The notes under the pieces were generated by a model, which saw only the letters and a list, made by a program, of their open reading frames with translations, made no database searches and had not been told where the DNA came from. A stretch of DNA of 55,781 nt from a virus (taxonomy: Duplodnaviria; Caudoviricetes), in IMG/VR virus record IMGVR_UViG_3300037847_002600, positions 1-55,781 of that record, one strand, 5' to 3'. Below, piece after piece: positions 7,598-16,370 of the stretch. The translations under genes were made by a program, and so were the position numbers. Position 1 is the stretch's first letter; every line of letters starts with the position of its first letter.

Positions 7598-7867
7598 ATG
7601 ATTTGCAAACGATGTGGAGCAAACGCGTTGCGCGTGACGGACGTGACGCACAATAATGTGGAGTGCGCACCCAGTCGAGAGTACCTGCGACGCTGGGGTA
7701 AGCGCGTAGCCTTGGAGAAGTTCGCGTACCACGCACGTGTCCCGTGGACTGCGCGTCGCCTCGTGTGTGATGCGTGCGGTGCGCAGTTACGTACGATAGA
7801 GGTGACGGTGGACCACGTACCACGGAGGTGGACGCGGAAGGTGTCGGAAGGAGAGGAGGAGGAATAG
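7598..7867 (+). CDS. Second NrdR-like zinc-ribbon protein
   Basis: MICKRCG...LRVTDV...YLRRW...ARRLVCDACGAQLRTIE; paralog of 2331..2558. Confidence 0.65.
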   Translation: MICKRCGANALRVTDVTHNNVECAPSREYLRRWGKRVALEKFAYHARVPWTARRLVCDACGAQLRTIEVTVDHVPRRWTRKVSEGEEEE

Positions 7868-7888
7868 ATAGTAGGTTATGCTACGTGT

Positions 7889-8086
7889 ATGCATACGAAG
7901 CACATCGACCTAGACCTAGGCGTGGCTCCTGACTTCGAGGAGCGCGTGATATATCAGGTCGTATCTGATATGTTCGAGGTCGAGGTGTCGTTCGAGGACA
8001 CATCCGTGTGCATACGCGGAGACGCCCGCAACCTTACAGCGTGGATAGCCTTTCACATACTGCCCATGGAGGTAGTGGAGGCGTAG
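7889..8086 (+). CDS. Small acidic hypothetical protein
   Basis: Fills the gap in the + strand gene chain. Confidence 0.5.
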   Translation: MHTKHIDLDLGVAPDFEERVIYQVVSDMFEVEVSFEDTSVCIRGDARNLTAWIAFHILPMEVVEA

Positions 8087-8088
8087 AG

Positions 8089-8298
8089 ATGCCGATATAC
8101 GAGTACGAGTGCGACGCCTGCGGGCACCGGTTCGAGGTGCTGGTGCGCGATCGCACAGCAAAGAGCGCGTGCCCTGAGTGCGCCAGTGATAAACTAAACC
8201 GTTTGATAAGTACCTGCGCGTTCGCCCTCAAAGGCGGGGGCTGGTACGCAGATGGGTACAGCAGTGCCCAAGGAGGGGGAGATGAACCCGTGGGATAG
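8089..8298 (+). CDS. FmdB-family zinc-ribbon protein
   Basis: MPIYEYECDACGHRFE...CPECAS..L.RLIS...F.LKGGGWY is the family signature; GGAGG RBS. Confidence 0.9.
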   Translation: MPIYEYECDACGHRFEVLVRDRTAKSACPECASDKLNRLISTCAFALKGGGWYADGYSSAQGGGDEPVG

Positions 8299-9763
8299 AG
8301 CAGAGATACGCGAGCGCGTGAAGCCTTGGGTACTAGATGGATACTTAACAGAGTACCAGCGTGAGGCGTGGTCGTGGTCCGCTACGCGTGACGGGTCGTT
8401 CCTCTGGTGGGCATGCGGCGCAGGCAAGACACTCGGCGCACTGTTGTGGCTCGTGTCGCATAGTCGCAGGACACGCAAGGTGGTTGTTACGAAGGCTGCT
8501 ACTAAGCGTCAGTGGAAAGCGCAGGGCGCACAGTACACGGACATGCAGATGCTGGTGCTCGACGGGCAAGGTGGCATGGACATACCACAAGAAACAGAAT
8601 GCATAGTAATCTCGTGGGAGACGCTCATGCATTGGTACCCGTACATCCTGACGTGGAAGGGCATGCGTCCGCTCGTCATCGTGTGGGACGAGATACACAA
8701 GGGCAAAGCTTGGAAACGCAAGGAGAAGATACTCGACGAGGACGGCGACATCCAGTGGGTGTGGCTGGAGAACCGTGCAGCGTACGCTGCTAAGTTGAGT
8801 CGCATAGCAAGCGCACGCCTTGGGCTTACAGCTACACCGATACGTGACAGGCGACGTGACCTGTGGGCACAGCTCGACCTCATTCAGCCCGAGCAGCACG
8901 GGACAAACTGGAACTGGGTGCACCGCTTCTGCGCAGCAAAGCAGGGCGAGTACGGTGGAATCGACACCACGGGCGAGAGCAACTGCGCACAACTTAAACA
9001 TATACTTAGTCGCATAGTACACGCTGTGTCGTATGCGGAGATGGCTAGGAGCTTACCGCCCAAGCGGCGTCAGCTTGTGTACCTGTCACCGAGTGAGCAG
9101 ACGAAGCCCTCGGCGTTCCGAGACACACTGAAGCGTGCAGCCAAGATGGGCAAGCAGCATCTGTTCGAGGCGAACCTGTCGGTCGCAGCATCGACCAAGC
9201 GCAAGTGGATCGCAGACTCAGTGATGAGCTGCGTTGAAGCTGGACAAAAGGTAGCAGTGTTTACAGGTAGACGCAAGGACTGCGACGCCCTCGCCAAACT
9301 TATTAAGACACGCGTAAAGAAACTTGGTGCTCCTGTGTGGCATGGCCATGGTGGCGACTCTGTTAAGTATCGCATGGAGCAGGTCGCACAGTACGCAGCG
9401 GCCCAAGGGGCAGGCGTCTTTGTAGGTACGACCGACGCTTTCGGCGAAGCCATCGACGGGCTACAGCACACCGACGCAGTGTACTTTGCTATGTTGCCAT
9501 GGACACCGGGGCAGGTTACTCAGGCTGAGGGACGCTTCAGTAGGCACGGCTCAGACCGGCCAGTACTGTTGACCTACGTTGTATCTGAGGGTACTGTTGA
9601 CGAACATGTCGCAGATGTTTTGCTGGAGAAGTTGGAGGGTGTGTCGGGCGTGACAGGTGACGAGGATGCGACCGCACTGGCAGGGACACTTGCAGGTGAT
9701 GGTCATGAGGATGAGATAATGGATTCGATTTTAGATTTGGCCGCACTGGCCGGGAGTTTATGA
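8282..9763 (+). CDS. SF2 (SNF2/DEAD-like) helicase
   Basis: YQRE, CGAGKT, WDEIH, LTATP, GEAIDGL and QAEGR..R motifs. Confidence 0.9.
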   Translation: MNPWDRAEIRERVKPWVLDGYLTEYQREAWSWSATRDGSFLWWACGAGKTLGALLWLVSHSRRTRKVVVTKAATKRQWKAQGAQYTDMQMLVLDGQGGMDIPQETECIVISWETLMHWYPYILTWKGMRPLVIVWDEIHKGKAWKRKEKILDEDGDIQWVWLENRAAYAAKLSRIASARLGLTATPIRDRRRDLWAQLDLIQPEQHGTNWNWVHRFCAAKQGEYGGIDTTGESNCAQLKHILSRIVHAVSYAEMARSLPPKRRQLVYLSPSEQTKPSAFRDTLKRAAKMGKQHLFEANLSVAASTKRKWIADSVMSCVEAGQKVAVFTGRRKDCDALAKLIKTRVKKLGAPVWHGHGGDSVKYRMEQVAQYAAAQGAGVFVGTTDAFGEAIDGLQHTDAVYFAMLPWTPGQVTQAEGRFSRHGSDRPVLLTYVVSEGTVDEHVADVLLEKLEGVSGVTGDEDATALAGTLAGDGHEDEIMDSILDLAALAGSL

Positions 9764-10041
9764 TGGCAACGAAGATGATGTTGACAGACGACATAGAGGA
9801 AATGCTAGACCAGATGGCAGACAAGCACGGTGCACGTACCGTCGTCTCCGCACTGGCGGAAGCAACAGGCGAAACCCTGCGTCACTTTGAAGAGAAGTTC
9901 GGGCTGGACGAAGTGGCCGACACTTTTGAAGAAGAGATGATGTACTGGTACATGGGACACGGGCATGCGGGTGCGCGTGCCGAGCGACTACAAGAAGCAA
10001 CTGATGTGTGGATGTGGGCACAGGCTGCGGCTGACGCATGA
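9760..10041 (+). CDS. Acidic hypothetical protein
   Basis: ATGA-coupled; D/E-rich. Confidence 0.6.
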   Translation: MMATKMMLTDDIEEMLDQMADKHGARTVVSALAEATGETLRHFEEKFGLDEVADTFEEEMMYWYMGHGHAGARAERLQEATDVWMWAQAAADA

Positions 10042-10880
10042 AACATCTCATCGATCCGGGCCCGTCTCGCAAGGGATGGCACCGGTTACAGAAGGTACTC
10101 ACGTGCCCGCGTTTGTACGCGCTATCCTACCTGACCGACGCGCCGCCGGTCCGCAAGGGCGACCCGCCTGAGCCCCTCGTAAAAGGCTCGATGCTGCACG
10201 TCGCACTCGCACACCACTACGCCGACGGCATGGAAGAGTACGCAGACAAAGACCTGTACACTCCTACGGATGCGGTGCAGCAACTTGTCGAGCTACAGCC
10301 CAACGATGAGCGTGCCGCATGGCAGCGCCACGCCAAGCAGGTGTGCGCTACGTATGCAGACTACAACATGCACTGGGGCAAGGAACGCTGGAAGCCCATG
10401 GGTATTGAAACAGAACTGATGGTAAACATCTTCGACGAGAAGATGAACCGCACGTACCTGTACACGCAACGTGTTGACCTCGCATGGCGACACCCCATGA
10501 CGGGTAAGGTCTGGTTCGTAGACCACAAGACGACTGCACGCTGGACACCCCAGACACTTAGTAAGTACTCGATGAACGGACAGTTCCTTGGGTACCAGAT
10601 GATCGGGGAGAAGAAGTTCGGCGACGATTGGGGTGGCGTGCTGCTCAACGTCATCGAGTGGGGCAAGGGCGGAGGCTCGCCAACATTTAAGAGGATGCCG
10701 GTTGACCCAGCTCCGCACTCGGTTGAGCGGTTCCGCCAGTCCATTATTCGCGGGGAGCGTACGCTTCTGGAGTATGAAAACATGGAGCCCAAGGATTGGC
10801 CGGGGGCTCATCACGACGGTGCGTGCTGGCCGTATCGACAGTGCAAGTTCTATTCGACATGTCAGTGGGGAGGTAAATGA
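10038..10880 (+). CDS. PD-(D/E)XK Cas4/RecB-like exonuclease
   Basis: TCPR, G..LH, E.EL, RVDL, VDHKT, and C-terminal C....C.F...C Fe-S ligands. Confidence 0.85.
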   Translation: MKHLIDPGPSRKGWHRLQKVLTCPRLYALSYLTDAPPVRKGDPPEPLVKGSMLHVALAHHYADGMEEYADKDLYTPTDAVQQLVELQPNDERAAWQRHAKQVCATYADYNMHWGKERWKPMGIETELMVNIFDEKMNRTYLYTQRVDLAWRHPMTGKVWFVDHKTTARWTPQTLSKYSMNGQFLGYQMIGEKKFGDDWGGVLLNVIEWGKGGGSPTFKRMPVDPAPHSVERFRQSIIRGERTLLEYENMEPKDWPGAHHDGACWPYRQCKFYSTCQWGGK

Positions 10881-11782
10881 TGAGTGAGGAAGGTGTGTTT
10901 ATTATTGTGTACGGAGGCGCGAAGTCAGGCAAGACGCTGGCGACAGTCCGCGCATTCCCAGATGGGTTGTTCGTTACGCCGAAGGGCGGACTGACGTGCG
11001 CTCGGTGGATTGACTGGGAGCCCAAGGTTATCGAGACCGACGACAAGGGCTACGGCGTGCCGCAGATAACGGAGATGATCAAGCAGGCACAAGATAAGTA
11101 TCCTGCTATTATCATCGACGACTTCAGCATCATCCTCCAGCAGGAGCTACAGCGATGCAAGAAGAGTCACGCAGGGTGGACAGCGTTCGACGTGTTCAAC
11201 AACCGTGTGTATGCGTTGCGCGACGCTGCTCGCCTAGCCAAGTGCCACGTCGTACTGACGATGCACGAGCAGGCACCCAAGGAAGTTGGGCAGGAGAATG
11301 AGAAGCGATGGGTCCGAGGTTGTCCCATGGTACCGGGCTGGCAGTTGCCCGAGAAGTTACCTACACACGCAGACATTGTGGCACGTGTAATCTATGACGA
11401 GTCGGCGTTCGGTTGGCCGTACCTGCTACAGACAGGGCCCGACAACCAGTACGTCACGGGAGACAGGCTGGCGATCACACCCGAGAGGTTCCCGCTAAAC
11501 ATCCGTGAGGTGCTGTTGTTATCAGGACACACAGGTGTGAAGCGTCCTGACAAGTTGGCGTTCATGGACAAGTGGGTGTATGATATTTCGCAAGAGCTGG
11601 TAACTGAGCTTGACAGCAGACGACCCAAGGTTAAGGGGGTACTCGCCCCGTATGTTGAACGGTTGCAGAAGGAGGGAGTTAGGGACAGATGGATTCGGTG
11701 GATCTTCGCCGATGCCATAGATAGGGCGCAGATGACGCGCCATAATGATAGTTTGATTGATAACTTTTTAGTTTCATTGTGA
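10877..11782 (+). CDS. AAA_24/Sak4-like ATPase (recombinase)
   Basis: IVYGGAKSGKT, IIIDDFS, VVLTMHE and ADIVAR; lies between the nuclease and the SSB candidate. Confidence 0.75.
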   Translation: MMSEEGVFIIVYGGAKSGKTLATVRAFPDGLFVTPKGGLTCARWIDWEPKVIETDDKGYGVPQITEMIKQAQDKYPAIIIDDFSIILQQELQRCKKSHAGWTAFDVFNNRVYALRDAARLAKCHVVLTMHEQAPKEVGQENEKRWVRGCPMVPGWQLPEKLPTHADIVARVIYDESAFGWPYLLQTGPDNQYVTGDRLAITPERFPLNIREVLLLSGHTGVKRPDKLAFMDKWVYDISQELVTELDSRRPKVKGVLAPYVERLQKEGVRDRWIRWIFADAIDRAQMTRHNDSLIDNFLVSL

Positions 11783-11789
11783 GGATAAG

Positions 11790-12290
11790 ATGAGTATTGA
11801 CTTTGATTTTAGTGGAGTATCGCTGAACGAGAGCCCTGCCGAAGAGGGCATCTACCCAGTGGAGATCGAATACGTAGACGGCTACGTCACCAAGACAGGC
11901 AACAAGCGTGTCACCTTCAAGGCTAAGGTCTGCGAAGGCGAAGCCAAGGGCTGCGTCATCAAGGATGGCATCAACCTGCCGACCGTGAAGTCGCAAGGCG
12001 TCAAGAAGGTATGGCTTGGATTCTTCCGCTCGCTGGGCATGAGCCCCGCTGAGGTGGCTGACGTGTTCAGTGGTATGTCTGGCAAGGGCGACGAGAGCGC
12101 CGAGTTCTACGCCGAGTGCATCGGCAAGGTGGTCGTTGGTCTCAAGGGCTACTGCTACTACGCACCTGCGGTTGAGGAAGGCGGCTGGCCTACTCGCAAC
12201 TGGTTGACTCCGCAACAGGCACGAGCACAGGCGAAGACCCGTGCCAAGTCTGGAGGAGACGACGCGCTAGGTGATTTCATCAACGTCTAG
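11790..12290 (+). CDS. DUF669-like single-stranded DNA-binding protein
   Basis: IDFDFSGV..P.EEGIY.VEI...KTGN......KV.EGE.KG..I.D; position after the Sak4-like gene. Confidence 0.7.
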   Translation: MSIDFDFSGVSLNESPAEEGIYPVEIEYVDGYVTKTGNKRVTFKAKVCEGEAKGCVIKDGINLPTVKSQGVKKVWLGFFRSLGMSPAEVADVFSGMSGKGDESAEFYAECIGKVVVGLKGYCYYAPAVEEGGWPTRNWLTPQQARAQAKTRAKSGGDDALGDFINV

Positions 12291-12298
12291 TACGTTGT

Positions 12299-12347
12299 GG
12301 GTGCCTTGGACTAACACCAAAAATGCTTACACCAAGGCACCCTTTTT
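12299..12347 (+). terminator. Intrinsic terminator-like hairpin
   Basis: GGGTGCCTTGG-N22-CCAAGGCACCC-TTTTT directly after the SSB stop codon. Confidence 0.6.
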
Positions 12348-12356
12348 GGAGACGAT

Positions 12357-12533
12357 ATGAACTGTTGGCACTGCAACACAGAACTTATCTGGGGTGGCGA
12401 CCACGAAGCCGAGGGTAGCACGGTGTACACGATGGTGACGAACCTGACCTGTCCAAACTGCGACTCGCTGGTGCTGGTCTACTCTGGTGTACAGACGGAG
12501 CCCCCGGCTCGGATTGTGTTTGATGAGGAGTGA
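12357..12533 (+). CDS. Small Zn-ribbon protein (58 aa, not in ORF track)
   Basis: MNCWHCNTELIWGGDHE...YTMVTNLTCPNCDSLVLVY; GGAG RBS; a pattern I recall from aquatic phage genomes. Confidence 0.75.
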   Translation: MNCWHCNTELIWGGDHEAEGSTVYTMVTNLTCPNCDSLVLVYSGVQTEPPARIVFDEE

Positions 12534-12798
12534 CCTCACCGTTCCTGAGATAGATGCGCTAGAGCGTCTCATGAAAGAGTGGGAGGTCAAGCGTGCGGAC
12601 TGCACGCCGATGGAGAAGCTTGGCTTCCATCGCCTCAAGAAGAAGGGTCACGTACGCATCAAGAAGGGTACGTACTTAATGCCCTGTGATCTCACAGATG
12701 AAGAGTTCGATGCTTGGTTCTTCTGGCTGGAGGACGTGCTCGAACTCGCACCAAGGGAGGGTCCATTGGAGGTAGGTTCCGGCCATCCAGATGGCTAA
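12523..12798 (+). CDS. Hypothetical protein (possible winged helix)
   Basis: Overlaps the previous gene; FHRLKKKGHVRIKKGTY resembles a wHTH wing. Confidence 0.5.
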   Translation: MRSDLTVPEIDALERLMKEWEVKRADCTPMEKLGFHRLKKKGHVRIKKGTYLMPCDLTDEEFDAWFFWLEDVLELAPREGPLEVGSGHPDG

Positions 12799-12906
12799 AG
12801 GAACACTGATTGCTACATACGATAGTATGTAGATTGTGACTAATAGGGCACCGAGTTCTCTGTTATCCATTCTCATAACTATAACTTAGTCTCTAGGGAG
12901 GGACAC

Positions 12907-15381
12907 ATGACGACTAATCAAGTACGTCCACAAGATTGCGCCGACTGCGAGAACTGTCCGCTGAGGGTTCACTGGATGCGCGAAGGGTGCTGGCAACCCG
13001 TACCAATCCAGCATGCTACTGACCCCGACAACAGCATCGTGTTCGTGGGTGACGGTCCGACGAAGACCGCGTTCGCTGAAGGGCGAGCGTTCAGCGGCCA
13101 AGAAGGTATCTACTTACTTAACGAGGTCAAAGAGCTAGGCCACCAACGCAAAGACTTCGGCTGGGCGTACACCGTAGCGTGCCGCTGGCCCAACGATGAC
13201 CCGAGCGCGTACCTAGCCAAGCTACGGGCGAGCAACCGCAAGCGCGTACGCCAAGGCCAAGACCCTATTCAGTCGCCGGTCACCGCCTGCGCACCGTACC
13301 GCAAGTGGGCGCTCGAAGACTACCCTACAGTCGTCCCTATGGGCTCGCTGTCTACCAAGGTAGCCTTGGGTACCAACCCGTCACTAGAAGCTGTCAGAGG
13401 CGGTCCTACACGCGTTGGTGATGTCAACGTACTACCTACTTACTCTCCGTCTATGATGGGCAACAAGAAGGGCCACCTCAAGGAGGTGCTCACCTCGGAC
13501 ATCAGCAAGGCTATACGTCACCATGAGGACAAGCTGAGATGGACAGACCCCAAAGTTATCTATGTTCCTACAAGAGAGCAGGCGCTAGACTTCTTCTCAC
13601 GACACAAGGTACTGGCATACGACGTTGAGACCGATGGCGTGGACTGCCTCACAGCAGGGCTGAGGTGCGTAGGTATCGGAGCCGAGGACGAAGTACTAAT
13701 CATACCGTTTGATCTCATCGGTGGCGGCTCGTACATGAGCCCTGAAGATCGAGCGTGGTTCACAGAGCTACTGGCCAAGGTGTTTACAGACAAGACCATT
13801 ACAAAGGTGGGACACAACGCAGGGTACTTCGACCGCCTTGTCGTCGAGCAGCACTTCGGCGTGACGCCTGAGCCCTTGGTGGACACGTTGCTTCTACACA
13901 AGCTGGCTGCGTCTGAGCACAGGCATAGGCTAGGCTTCATCGGTTCGGTGATGACTGACGTGCCCGCATGGAAAGCTGACCACACAGGTGTACTCGCAAG
14001 GACAGACCAAGAGCTGTATGAGTACTGCGCTACGGACGTTGCGGTGACCGCACGTATCCGACGACCTCTGGAGATAACGGCTGAGGACCGAGAGCAGGAC
14101 CACCTGTACAAGACCGACGCCAAACTACAAGACATCTGCGCAGGTATGCGACGCATGGGTATCCGCATCGACGAGGGCAGACGACTTGCACATCACGCCA
14201 AGCAGACCGATGAGGTGCACAGGTGGCGCAGCGTCATCGAGGGCTTCAGCCCCGGTATGAACCCTAACTCGAATGCACAGGTACGTGACTTGCTGTTCGG
14301 TAGGTGGAAGCTACCTGTCCTAGAGTTCACCGACACAGGTGACGAGAGCATCAACGCTATGGTTCTGCGCTCTCTCGTTGGACACCCGTTGGTAGAGGAC
14401 AAGCACCGTAAGTTTATCAACGCACTTAGGTTCTATCGCAGAGCGCACAAGCTACTGTCTACCTATCTAAACAAGCTAGCCCCCGGAGCTGGGTTTGTCC
14501 GTGACGGCTATGTCTATCCTGATTATAACTCGCACGGCACAGTGACCGGACGATTGTCATCTAGCAATCCTAACTTTCAGAACATCCCGTTTGACTTGCG
14601 GGACATGTTCATCCCACCACCGGGCTGTGTGTTCGTTGGGGCGGACTACGATCAACTGGAGCTTCGCTTCGCCGCTGCCTTGGCAGGCGAGCAGCACTAC
14701 CTAGATGCGTTCGAGAAGAAGGAGATAGACCCGCACAACCTTACGGGTGACCTGATGTTTGGGGAGAAGTTCTGGGCAGCGCAAGGGGCCCCGGACACCA
14801 AGATGGGTAAGGGTAAAGGCGCGTTCAAACAACTACGCAACCTAGCTAAGACCATCTGTTTCGCCTCGCTGTACGGGGCGTCGGCCCCTAAGGTGTACGA
14901 GATCATCACTCGTGCCGAGGACGAGCAGGGCAACATGCTGTACGCAAACTACAGCCTCAAACAAATCAGGTTGCTACATAAGAAATGGCTGGCGAACGCA
15001 CCCGAGTTTAAGAACTGGTGGAAGAGAACACTGGACAGTTGCAGGGCCACTGGATATATCGAGGAGGTCGTCTTAGGGAGGCGGCGCTACTTCGCTGACG
15101 AGGACTACAACGCCATCCTCAACTTCGGCGTACAGGCAGGCGGCTTCGCTGTCGTTGGCCTGTCGATGATTGAGTTGGTAGAGCGGCACCTGCCGTTCGA
15201 CTTCGACAGGAAGCATGGCTTGGTAAATCAGTTACATGATGCGGTGCTGTTCGCAGTGCCGGAGGACAAAGCAGAGGAGACGAGAGACGTGGTAACAGAA
15301 GTAATGACAAGAAGTGTGCCGGGGTTACCGGTGACGTTTAGTGCAGAGGCAGAGATTGGAACAAGTTGGAGGGAAGTATGA
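12907..15381 (+). CDS. polA: Family A DNA polymerase with N-terminal UDG-family-4-like domain and 3'-5' exonuclease
   Basis: CxxCPL..VFVGDGP..AFSG..ACR..C (UDG-like); YDVET, HNAGYFD, YCATD (exo); TGRLSSSNPNFQNIP, DYDQLELR, KTICFASLYG (Phe at the 762-equivalent), QLHD. Confidence 0.95.
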   Translation: MTTNQVRPQDCADCENCPLRVHWMREGCWQPVPIQHATDPDNSIVFVGDGPTKTAFAEGRAFSGQEGIYLLNEVKELGHQRKDFGWAYTVACRWPNDDPSAYLAKLRASNRKRVRQGQDPIQSPVTACAPYRKWALEDYPTVVPMGSLSTKVALGTNPSLEAVRGGPTRVGDVNVLPTYSPSMMGNKKGHLKEVLTSDISKAIRHHEDKLRWTDPKVIYVPTREQALDFFSRHKVLAYDVETDGVDCLTAGLRCVGIGAEDEVLIIPFDLIGGGSYMSPEDRAWFTELLAKVFTDKTITKVGHNAGYFDRLVVEQHFGVTPEPLVDTLLLHKLAASEHRHRLGFIGSVMTDVPAWKADHTGVLARTDQELYEYCATDVAVTARIRRPLEITAEDREQDHLYKTDAKLQDICAGMRRMGIRIDEGRRLAHHAKQTDEVHRWRSVIEGFSPGMNPNSNAQVRDLLFGRWKLPVLEFTDTGDESINAMVLRSLVGHPLVEDKHRKFINALRFYRRAHKLLSTYLNKLAPGAGFVRDGYVYPDYNSHGTVTGRLSSSNPNFQNIPFDLRDMFIPPPGCVFVGADYDQLELRFAAALAGEQHYLDAFEKKEIDPHNLTGDLMFGEKFWAAQGAPDTKMGKGKGAFKQLRNLAKTICFASLYGASAPKVYEIITRAEDEQGNMLYANYSLKQIRLLHKKWLANAPEFKNWWKRTLDSCRATGYIEEVVLGRRRYFADEDYNAILNFGVQAGGFAVVGLSMIELVERHLPFDFDRKHGLVNQLHDAVLFAVPEDKAEETRDVVTEVMTRSVPGLPVTFSAEAEIGTSWREV

Positions 15382-16370
15382 TTAAGACACTGATTACGAA
15401 TGTGAAGGAAGAAGGCGGAGAGGATAGGCTGTATAGGTTCAAGAGTCCGTACGTGCTAGTGTACGGAAGGAACGGAGCGGGCAAGTCTTCGATCATGCAC
15501 GGACTGGAGCTAGCCTGCTTTGGTAAGGTGTGTGATGTCGTAGGTAAGGACATCAAGCTTAAACGATACATCGAGTACCTGTCGGCGGAGGGCTCGACAG
15601 TACACGCTCGGATTCACACATCGGATAACGGACGGCTGTCGTACCCCAAGCATGCAGGCGACACGGGTGAGGAATACCTGAACGCGGTGCAGCTTGCACT
15701 GGACGCCATCAAAGGAAGCAACGTCGCGTTCGCTAAGTTCTTACTTAAGTACTTAGAAAACGATGTAGAGTTGGACGTGCCTATCCACGGATGGGATGCA
15801 GTGGTTACGTCGTCGAAGAACCACAGGGAGGCCCTGTTGCGCGTCGAAGAGTCTACGGCGAAGCGACTACGCTCGCACCGTGCGAAGCTCAAGGAGCTGG
15901 ACATCGTAGCCAAGTACGCCGGTAGCGGTGTCACAGCAGCAGAACGGATGGACGTTGAGGAGGACGTGGACAAAGCGAAGCGTCACCTCAAGGCGATTCA
16001 TCGGGAGATGTTTAGGTTCGTCACAGAAGCTTGGGGTCCACTGATGGAGTACATGCGTAGGTTCCTGCCGGATGATATGCCTGATGCTGAGTTGATAGCC
16101 TCGGACTCTGACTTCACGTTGGGCTTCGAGAACCGGCCATACCCTTCGGGCGCGGAGACCGTGGCCCTAGCTGTGGCCCTCGCTGCTGCGGTGCTACCAG
16201 CGGAGCGGTCGATATACATCTTTCCTGATAGAGCGTACGATGAATACACGTTAGGTAGGCTTATGAGCGCAGTGCGCATTGTGCCTGCTGCGGGCGTGTT
16301 CGTTCAGAGCACGGTAATGCCAAGCTGTTACGAAGCGGAGAAGTTAGGATGGCAGACGCTCGGAGTTTGA
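15378..16370 (+). CDS. Short Rad50/SbcC-like ABC ATPase
   Basis: LVYGRNGAGKSS Walker A, short coiled coil, PSGAE signature, degenerate Walker B IFPDRAYD. Confidence 0.7.
   Translation: MIKTLITNVKEEGGEDRLYRFKSPYVLVYGRNGAGKSSIMHGLELACFGKVCDVVGKDIKLKRYIEYLSAEGSTVHARIHTSDNGRLSYPKHAGDTGEEYLNAVQLALDAIKGSNVAFAKFLLKYLENDVELDVPIHGWDAVVTSSKNHREALLRVEESTAKRLRSHRAKLKELDIVAKYAGSGVTAAERMDVEEDVDKAKRHLKAIHREMFRFVTEAWGPLMEYMRRFLPDDMPDAELIASDSDFTLGFENRPYPSGAETVALAVALAAAVLPAERSIYIFPDRAYDEYTLGRLMSAVRIVPAAGVFVQSTVMPSCYEAEKLGWQTLGV

Noticed and set aside
1363-9471. Many long alternative-frame and antisense ORFs rich in R/T/H/A/C/V
   Set aside because: They are by-products of high GC and RY alternation, lack RBSs and overlap better-supported genes.
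10038-10880. Cas4 as evidence of a CRISPR-Cas system
   Set aside because: No other cas genes or array; it sits in a standard phage nuclease-Sak4-SSB module.
12876-12885. TAACTATAAC resembling the I-CeuI/23S rRNA site
   Set aside because: The match ends after 10 nt and there is no rRNA or homing endonuclease context.
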